Shown in pieces: positions 54,040 to 64,000 of a stretch of 64,000 nt of DNA. This DNA is from Octopus vulgaris (taxonomy: Eukaryota). Position 1 is the stretch's first letter. Each line of letters opens with the position of its first letter. The position numbers and the translations under genes are program-made. The notes under the pieces were generated by a model. The model saw nothing but the letters and a program-made list of their open reading frames with translations, did not search any database and was not told the DNA's origin. Where the stretch lies: contig OX597825.1 of assembly GCA_951406725.2 (NCBI GenBank), forward strand, positions 68,014,001-68,078,000, given 5' to 3'.

Positions 54040-55500
54040 TCTATGATAGAAATTCAACAAAAAAGTATTCCATCTGGTGAGAGATAAGTATTGTTTATTT
54101 AAAGGACACAATACATGTCTTTAAGTGCTACTAATAGTTTCATATGTTGAGAAATACTCAAACATATTCATCAGGCACAAACCACATATCATAACAAACT
54201 AAAAAACTGAATAAGAAACACAAAAAAAAAACTGAGAAGGCAGCATATAGAAAATGTGGAAGGTTAAAAACAATGGAAGGAATTACAACCGTGTTTCATG
54301 GTCTGCTACCACAACAGCTCCTTTATAGGATCCAGTTAGCTCAAGACATCATCTGGAGGAACCACGTCCAGTTTCGACCCCTACTCCTCTACCATTTTGA
54401 CGTGGCAGGGCCCCCTCCTTTCGGAGGTGTCTTCAGCTCTGGTGTTGGGTGCATGTCTTCTTTCTTCTTCTTTCTTCTGTTCCCTGGCCTCTTCGATGTA
54501 TCGTCAGCAAGTGTCAGCCAGTGACTGACTGACTTGTCAAATTTTTCCCTTTAAATACCTGCCTCTTGGCTCCAGTAGGCAGCCTCAGCAAGCTGTCACG
54601 TGACACTGTCTCACCTTAACTGACTAGTGAAGGCACGTATTTTTAGCCCACGCATTCTCTAAACAACCGTCACCTGTCAGTCAGCAAAGCTGATTCAGTG
54701 TCAGCTTGTCTCAACTAATGATGTTATTTCCCGCCGGCGTGTTTATGACTTTCAAGCCATTTTCAGTCTTCCCACTTCAGCCATATATAGAAGCTGGCTT
54801 TTTCGACCGCCTCCTGTACTCTCCTTATAAGTTTTCGCAGCTCGGAACTAGAAAAAACAAATCTTCTTTTGAAAAACGCTGTCATTTTCCTTTCAATGAA
54901 ACCTCTAGCCCCCACTGCCAGGTGATAATATTCGACATTCCATCCCTGTTCTCTGCATTCTTCGATTAAGTTATATATTATAATTAGCTTAAGATCTGCA
55001 CTCTTTCAGCTAAACAAAACCTACATTTATTCGATCTATTAACATAAGGTATGGATTTCTCAATTATTTCCCACTTAATCACATATAGTGTTTTGTTATC
55101 TTTCAAACTCTATACATGGCTAGCCAACTTAGTAGTTTTGCTTTTGTCCTTATATTGGAAGGAGAGTATGTGATTAGCATAACGATTTTTAAATTCTCCT
55201 TCACAATATCCAGTATAGGTCTTCTTATCTGTTGTATTATTATTTAGGGTTACAGTAACTTCTGCCTCATATATGATAGATTTAATCATACATTGCTGGT
55301 CAAGTGGACAGCATCCTGGGTCACGACAGTTACAGCTGGATTTAGGCTCTTGATACTGACCACATGTGATGATACTCTTTGTATTGAGGCAGCAGCTATA
55401 TGATAATTTCACAGAATGCCTATTAGATATTTTAGCCAGTGTAAGATCCTGCAAAACCTTAAAATTCCTCTTGTCACAGTCAACAGAGTGAGTATACAAT
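54040..55500 (-). mobile_element. 5'-truncated Penelope-like retroelement: GIY-YIG endonuclease remnant plus 3' repeat with hammerhead
   Basis: ORF 55110-55499 contains CNCRDPGCCPLDQQC..SIIYEAEV...KTYTGYCEGEFKNRYANH..SF. It continues past a stop as ...IKWEIIEKSIPY..SNKCRFCLAE, typical of PLE GIY-YIG domains. Confidence 0.85.
54125..54178 (-). ncRNA. Type I hammerhead ribozyme in the 3' repeat of a Penelope-like element
   Basis: GUGC-CUGAUGA-AUAUGUUUGAG uauuu CUCAACAUAU-GAAA-CU auu AG-UA/GCAC. Stems I, II and III all pair and the core is intact, with a GUA cleavage triplet. Confidence 0.85.
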
Positions 55501-56533
55501 TCACCAACAAAGGAAAGAAATCAACAGCATCCCACTCAGATCATCCTGGTCCCTCTGATAAATGTTGAATGGATTACTGGAAATAATCTTCATTGTAAGG
55601 CATCTGATATTGCAGAGCAACTCCAAATAAATCAGAGTACTTCTACGTCACATCTCCATCAATTTGGCTACTATGTCAGAAAAACTAGAATGGAAATCTG
55701 TTCTTCAACCAGCAAATATCCAAAGAAAGGCAAAATGAATTTTTCAAAAACAATGGCATCTATAAATTTTTGAGATGTCAGACAAACGGAAATGTGAAGC
55801 TCTGAATAACAGTTTTTGTGGGTCTGACGAACAGGAACGTGATATTTTTGAGATGTCAAAATATAGCATAAGAACTTGAAATTCCCTGCACAAGATTACA
55901 CAAATTCTTTAAGGAATATAACCACTCTTTATCTTTGAAAACAAGTGATATTTTAACACTTCTTTTCTGGGCGTTACATTGGAACTTCACACTGGATTAT
56001 ACCATAAGATGGGCCACTGCACAGTTTCCATTTATAAAATTTACTCACAAGTGCATTGATTGGTTCAGAGCTCTGGTAGCAGATACCTACCCAAAGTGCC
56101 ATGCAGCAGAACTAAATCTGAAACCATGAAGCTGTGAAAATAACTTCTTATTGACACAGCCATACCTGTGTACATAAATATATATACATATATATATATT
56201 CAAATACAATAAATACTCATACAGTTACAGACATATACGTAGACACAAAGACACAATCATACTACTATACACATACATACACACACATTCACTAATAGTA
56301 AACCTGCACATGTACACATACGCATGCATAAAATTAACCACAAAATCACAGATATATACACATACACACCAGACTCTCATATACACAACACATACAGCCA
56401 CACAAATTATAAAAACAATCATGCATACACATACACACACACACAACAACAACAACAACAACAACAATACAGATACTATTGCACACAAACAAAACTGCAA
56501 ACACCCACATACTGCTATCTATACACTTGCACA

Positions 56534-56582
<49 letters not shown>

Positions 56583-56857
56583 ACACACACACACACTTAT
56601 CTTTTCTAAATGAACACTTTGGCACTGGAAACCATCTAATTATATCTCATAATTACTACAAAAAACAGAAATGTATTGTAACTCATTGAGGTGTGCTTAC
56701 TGCTGTTGTTGTGGTTGTTGTCGCTGTTGTTGTTGATGTTGTTCTTGCACTTGTTGTTGCACTTGTTATTGCTTCTCATTAATGCTTAACTTTATAACAA
56801 AAACATGTAGCTTAAAATTGGGAGTGTTGTAGAAATTATGCAGAATCCATTAAAGTA

Positions 56858-56895
<38 letters not shown>

Positions 56896-57017
56896 CAACG
56901 AAGACGATGACGACAACGATGATGATGATGACGGTGATGACGATGATGATGACAACGAAGATGATGATGACAACAATGATGATGATGACGATGATGACTA
57001 TGATGATGATGATGACA

Positions 57018-57054
<37 letters not shown>

Positions 57055-57224
57055 CAATGATGATGATGATGATGATGATGATGACAATGATGATGATGAT
57101 GACAATGATGATGATGATGATGACAATGATGATGATGATGATGACAATGATGATGATGATGATGATAATGATGACAACGAAGAGGATGACAACAACGATG
57201 ATGGTGATGACGACGACGATGATG

Positions 57225-57256
<32 letters not shown>

Positions 57257-57835
57257 GATGTCAACAATGACAACAGTGGTGGTGGTGGTGGAGCTGCTAC
57301 TGCTGGTGGATGGGTGGAGACGGGGGTGATGATGATAATTAGGGAGAAGTGCAGGAAGTGGAAAACAAGAAGAATGACAATACAATGACAATGATAAAGA
57401 TAATGATGATGATGCTACCTATGGTGACGATGATGATGACGACGATGATGATGATGACGGCGATGATGATGATGATGACGGTGACGATGACGACGATGAT
57501 GATGGGGATGATGATAATGATGATGATGATGATGATGAGGAGGAGGAGGAGGAGGAGGAGGACAATGACAACGAAAACAAAGAAGAGGGGAGAGGAGGGA
57601 GAAAAAGGTGGGAGGAGACAAAAGCAACAACAATGGCAAAGCATGATGGTAGCAGCAGGTTATCATGCTTGATAGTGGTAGGAATCGTGATGACAGCGAT
57701 GGTGATGACAATGACAAAATGGTCGTTGTTGTTGTTATTGTTGATGTCATGGCTGTTGTTGTTGTCGTCGTCATAATTGTTGTTGTTGTTGTTGTTGTTG
57801 TCGTCATAATTGTTGTTGTTGTTGTTGTTGTTGTT
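56858..57835. repeat. Compound (GAT/GAC/GAG/GTT)n low-complexity tract
   Basis: Direct reading. It is representative of many tracts: (TA)n 6630-7430, (CA)n 7855-8340, 35235-35570 and 60660-61670, (TAA)n 26510-27025, and mixed triplets 23915-24310 and 60000-60575. Confidence 0.95.
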
Positions 57836-58085
57836 TTTCCCAAAGCTGATGCCAATGGTCCTACTTTATAAACACAATATCTTCAATTCCGCCTCTTCAA
57901 ATAAATCACTTCACATCCGAAAGTGATATGATCACAATTACTGTTTTATTCTAACACAATATTAATGAAGATTAATGAAGGTTTATAGCCTAATGGTTAA
58001 ACACGTTTGGCTCATGAATATAATATCATGGGTTCAATTCCTCTATACATGTATATGTGTGTGTGTGTGTACATACATATATATA

Positions 58086-58173
58086 TATATTCCTGAAGAG
58101 AAAGCTGCAAAATGGACTCCTTATTCAATCCGAATTAGGGACTTTGCAGCCTTCGAAACATATGTAGAAAATA
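58086..58173 (+). ncRNA. Type I hammerhead ribozyme with long stem II
   Basis: uauauuc-CUGAAGA-GAAAGCUGCAAA...UUUGCAGCCUUC-GAAA-CAUAU-GUA/gaaaaua. Stem III is the palindrome ACAUAUGU. Predicted cleavage is after 58166. Confidence 0.75.
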
Positions 58174-58605
58174 ATATAAAGGAATTTTGTTAAATCTTCG
58201 TTCAGCTCCATTTCTTCCTACACTTAATATATAAAACTTCAAATTTCCGCACTAAGGCACGGTTTTTATGCCCCATGGTCGTAACTTCAACTGTGATTTT
58301 TCTGTTGTGATTTTTGCTATCCAGGTATCGGTTATCATTTGAATTATCCATAATAAGATAATTCATTTATCTACTTCAATAACTATATATATATATATAT
58401 ATATGTATGTAGGGAGAATTCACAAAAAAAACAAAAGACAAAGACAGGTGGTGTAGACAACAAACAGAAGTACTAGTATAACACTCGGTAAGTGAAAGTC
58501 TTTAATGTTTCGAGCCTATGCTCTTCCACAGAAAGGAACACAGAAAGAAGAGAAAATAAAGAATGTGTAGTGGCTGACGATCTATCATATATATGACGAT
58601 CTATC

Positions 58606-58638
<33 letters not shown>

Positions 58639-58776
58639 TACATATATATATATGATATATATTTATATAATATAAATAAATATAATATAATATATTTCTA
58701 ATCAAAACTATCTAATGAATGGGAATGTGAAACTGAGCAACAGTTTTTGTATTATTTTTGCTGCTTTTTAATAAAC

Positions 58777-58808
<32 letters not shown>

Positions 58809-59474
58809 AACACACACACATGCACACACACACACACATAGATAAACAAGGCTTTGATTGACCCAGGGCTTTAGAAGAAAACAGATACCCAGACTGAACC
58901 TGAAACTACTTGATTGGAAAGCAAATTTCTTAACCGCACAGACATATCTACACTGATACTATACTCTTTTATTCGTTTATTTGTTTCAGTCATTTGACTG
59001 CAGCCATGCTGGAGCACTGCCTTTAGCTGAGCAAATCAACCCCAGGACTTATTCTTTGTAAGCCTAGTACTTATTCTATTGGTCTTTTGCTGAACCGCTA
59101 AGTTACGGGGACATAAACACACCAGTATCAGTTGTCAAGTGACATTGGGTGGACAAACACAGACACACAAACATATACATACATACATACATACATACAT
59201 ATATGTGGCACGCGTGCCGGTAGCACGTAAAAAGCACCATCCGACCGTGGCTGTTTGCCAGCCTCGTCTGGCACCTGTGCCAGTGGCATGTAAAAAGCAC
59301 CCACTACACTCATGGAGTGGTTGGCGTTAAGAAGGGCATCCAGCTGTAGAAACACTGCCAGATCAGACTGGGCCTGGTGCATCCTTCTGGCTTCCCAGAC
59401 CCCAGTTGAACCGTCCAACCCATGCTAGCATGGAAAGCGGACGTTAAACGATGCTGAGGATGATGATGATGATG

Positions 59475-59532
<58 letters not shown>

Positions 59533-59996
59533 GATGGGTTTCTTTCAGTTTCCGTCTACCAATTCCACTCACAAGGCTTTGGTCGGCCCAAAGCTATAGT
59601 AGAAGACACTTGCCCAAGGTGCCACACAGTGGGACTGAACTCGGAACCATGTGGTTGGTAAGCAAGCTACTTACCACACAGCCGTATATAATAATTTTTT
59701 TTCTTTTTATAGGATTTCCCAAGAGTAAATTCTGGTTCAAAGTATCATGATATTTGTAACTTCTTTTGATTTTAAAATTAGAAATATAAAAAAAGAACAA
59801 AATGGAATCAAGGAATGTTTCCAATTGATAGATTTCTGACATAGGGGACAAGGTCAATAGTAACATAAGGAAAGCATGGTTAGTTTTATACTAACAGCAT
59901 ACTCACCCGGCTCACATACTATTTGACTGGTGCACACATTTTATTGATCCCTAGATGATGGAAAATGAAGTCTTACTCGGCATGAATTGAAATCAC

Positions 59997-60038
<42 letters not shown>

Positions 60039-60423
60039 TATCATCATCATCATCACCACCACCATCATCATAATCATCATCATTGTAATCTTCATCATAA
60101 GTGTTACTAGTTGTGGCGGTTCTGGTTATGGCAGGGTGACGCTGGTGGTGGTGGTGGTGGCAGTAGTGGTGGTGGGGTGAGGGTGGAGTGGTGGCCCGGG
60201 TTTGGTGGTGGTTGTAGTGGTGGCAGAAGTAGTGCAGCCAGTTGTAGTGGTACCGGTAGTAGTGGTGGTGGGTGGGGGTGGGGGTGATTGTAGTAGTGGT
60301 GGTTGTGGTTGTGGTGCTGGTGCTGGTGGTAGTGGATGGGTGGCTATGGTGGTCGTGCTACTGCTGATGGCAACAGTGCTGGTGGAGTGCAATGGTGGTG
60401 GTGGTGGTGGTCATGGTGGTTAC

Positions 60424-60576
<153 letters not shown>

Positions 60577-61313
60577 ACTGCAACAACTACTCTAACCGTC
60601 TTCCAAATTACCAGTTGGCATAGAGCCTTCAGTACTTCAAGTGTTTGAAGAAGAAAAGAAAACACGCTCACACACACACAAACACACACACAAACACACA
60701 CAGACACACATATACACACACACACACACACAGAAACAAACATTCACACACACACACACAGAGTCACATACAGACATATGTTCACACTCACTCTTGTATA
60801 TGCATACATACATAATACACACAGACAGACTCACATACACAAACACAAAGACAGAAAGACAGACACATAGAGACACACACTTACACACAAATGAGCACAA
60901 ACACATGCACCCAGACGCAAACACCCATACACACACTCTCAGCTATAGAGACATATGTTCACACATACACAGACATATATAGACACCCAGGTATATACAA
61001 ACACACACATGCACACACACACACATTCATACACATGCACACACACACATGCACACACACACACACACACACATGCACACACACACATGCACACACACAT
61101 GTACACACACACACACACACACATGCACACACCTGTGTAAGCACACATATACAGGTGCATACTTAACTAAATTCTCAAATACACACACATGCATACACAC
61201 ACATACTCTTAAACACACACACACACTCACTGACTCCAACACATACCCACATACACACATACACACACACACATGCAAGCTCTCTTAAACACACTGAGAG
61301 ACCCTATTACACA

Positions 61314-61345
<32 letters not shown>

Positions 61346-61956
61346 TCACTCACACTCACACACACATACACAGACAGAGATTCTGTTAACATACACACTC
61401 ACTCATACAAACTTTCTTAAACACACATACACGCTCAGTCACTTATACACATTCACATACATACACATACATACACAGACTCTCTTAGACACACACACAC
61501 ACACTCATATACATACACATACACACACAGTCTCTATTAAAGACACTCACTCACTTATACACATGCACATACACACACACACACACACACAGACTCTCTT
61601 AAAGACACATGCACTCACTAGTACATACACATACAGACTCTCTCAAAAACGCATATATACACACACACATGCAATTACACATTAAGCAAAAGAAAAATGT
61701 TATTGAACAGACTATAATTAGAAATTACTTAGACTATTGATTGCTGTAAAGACAACAACAACAACAACAACAACGGCAACAATAACAACAGCAACAAAAT
61801 CATTTCTAACCTGTTAAATGGGAATCTATTATTTAAAGCAGAGGTCCCCCAACCAACAGGCTACAGACCAGTGCCAGGCTGTGGGTCATTTGGTACCGTG
61901 CCATTCAGAAAGAACACCATCATCATCAGCATCAGCAGCAACAAGATGTCTTAACT

Positions 61957-62232
61957 CAGTGTTTCCCAAGCATTTTCAGGCTGCCACCCCATTGGCACCC
62001 AGGCCATATCCCTAGCTTAAAACCCAAACACTCACCCACCCTTCTCACCACCACAAACACACTGACCACTTTCTGCGGCAAATTCAAAACAACTGTATTT
62101 CACAAATAGCATTTAACCTAATTACCCCATTATTTTGCCGGTTTTTTTTTACATCCATTGACCCCTTTTTTGGCCACCCTATTATTGCCCCACTTTTCTT
62201 CAATGCTCCCCCCCCCACTTTAAGAACTACTG
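61957..62232. mobile_element. hAT-type MITE
   Basis: Ends cagtgtttcccaag / tttaagaactactg. Confidence 0.5.
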
Positions 62233-62269
62233 CTTTAACGGAAGCAGCCAGTCACTGGAGGTGCCACTC

Positions 62270-62680
62270 TAGAAGCTTTCATAGTCAGCCATTGCCACTG
62301 GTCTCTATTCTCAGTCATGTGTAGCAGGTTTGCCGTCATGTGACCTCTCCGGTCCTTGATGTTATCAAACCAAGATCTTCTCTGTCTGCTTCTCTTTCGT
62401 CCTCCCTCAACTGTGCCCTGAAGAATGGTTTGGAGCAGAGAGTTGTGGCAGGATACATGACCATACCAAGCAAGCTTTCATCTTTTTAACTGCGCAAGGA
62501 GTGGCTCCTGTCTGCCAATGTATTTGTTGACATGCTGCCTGACAAAGATGTTCATTTTGTGCTCTGTGTATGGGATATGTATGTGTAATTTGCCTTCTGA
62601 AACACTTGTGCTCAAATGCCAGGATTCTTTACTCTATGTCAGCTGTAAGAGTCCATCTCTCACACAAATACAGAAGGGGT
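62270..62680 (-). mobile_element. RTE-clade LINE 3' fragment
   Basis: LLYLCERWTLTAD..RILAFEHKCFR...KLAWYGHV...TILQGTVEGGRKRSRQRRSWFDNIK. Confidence 0.8.
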
Positions 62681-64000
62681 GTTTGGGGAGAGATAATACC
62701 TTAGTCTCAGGCAGCAGCTTCTTTAAGAATGGACAGGTACACTGGTTCTATTTTATAGAATTTCACCACCACCAACACCACCACCACTACCACCACCACC
62801 ATTATTACCATCATTATCATCATCATCATCATCGTTTAACATCCGTTTTCCATGCTGGCATGGGTTGGATGGTCTGACTGAGGTCTGGAGAGCCAGCAGC
62901 TGCACCAGGCTCCAATCTGATCTGGCAATGTTTCTAGAGCTGGATGTCTTTTGGCTCTGAGACCATTCTCAGCCACACCCTGACAACTGATTCTGCTTGG
63001 AAGCTAAACTTAGTGAGGGACTGAACGCTTGGAGAGATGGGTATCGCTAAGCATTTCTAAGGCCCATTGAAATGCCTTAATAGACAGACAAGCAAGACAG
63101 AAAGAACACATTTTTACAATTATATTTTATTGACTACCATAGTCTGTAGAGTGTTTTTGGATTACATATGTATTCTACAAGGCCGTCAGCTGGTAGAATC
63201 ATTAGCATGCCAGGCACAATGCTTAGCAGCATTTCATCCATCTTTACACTCTGAGTTCAAATTCCAGCAGGGTTGACTTTGCCTTTCTTCCTTTCGGGGT
63301 CAATAAAATAAATACCAGTTGAACAGTGGGGTTGATAGTATTGACTTACCCAGCCCCAAAATTTTTGGCCTTATACCAAAATTTGAATCTAACATATATA
63401 TATATATTTAATTATATATATGTAAAATATATGTATCATATATTTTATATATGTATCATATATTTTATATATGTAATTATATATATTATATATATATTTA
63501 TAAATATATATACATACATATATATAATTATATATATTATGTTTACGTATATATATGTATATAGTTATATATATTATATATATATATATATATTATATAT
63601 ATTATATATTTAATCATATATATTATATTATTTATGTAGTATACATGTATTATATTTGTAATATATCCACATCAGGGTATGCAGGCAGCTCTGAACAGAG
63701 GGAGTATCTTTGGTATCTGGCAGCTTCACCTTGCCATGAATGGTAGACAGGCATCACTAGACCCCATTCAATACCTAATTTGTAACTTTATTCTCCTAGG
63801 GCCATACCTCAGTAGCTCTTATTTCTAGCAATGTAGATGTTTTTTAACACCCTAGTCACATTCAGTGACAATATATATACATACATATATTATATATATA
63901 TGAAAGGCTTCTTTCAGTTTCCATCTACCAAACTCACTCACAAGGCTTTGGTGAGCCCAAGGATATAGTAGAATTCACTTACCCAAGGTGTCACACAGTG

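Overview
Eukaryotic, AT-rich DNA saturated with microsatellites and transposons. The repeat families suggest an octopus or other coleoid cephalopod genome (inference). Almost all long ORFs in the track are microsatellite artefacts. The window looks like intronic territory of a minus-strand alpha-arrestin (ARRDC-like) gene. One clear 135-nt coding exon (27130-27264) and a frame-compatible 30-nt microexon candidate (13319-13348) are visible; the first and later exons were not found. The rest is tRNA-derived SINEs, RTE/CR1/R4-like LINE fragments, mariner/Tc1 relics, hAT-type MITEs, Helitron-like ends, two decayed Penelope-like elements (PLEs) and a 146-bp tandem array. The most striking hidden signal is a dense set of type-I hammerhead ribozyme motifs (CUGANGA...GAAA...NUH with checkable stems) from several unrelated sequence families. 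Two of them are physically linked to PLE remnants. Several sit in inverted-duplication structures that would base-pair over the cleavage site. Stems were paired by eye, no searches were run, and repeat boundaries are approximate.
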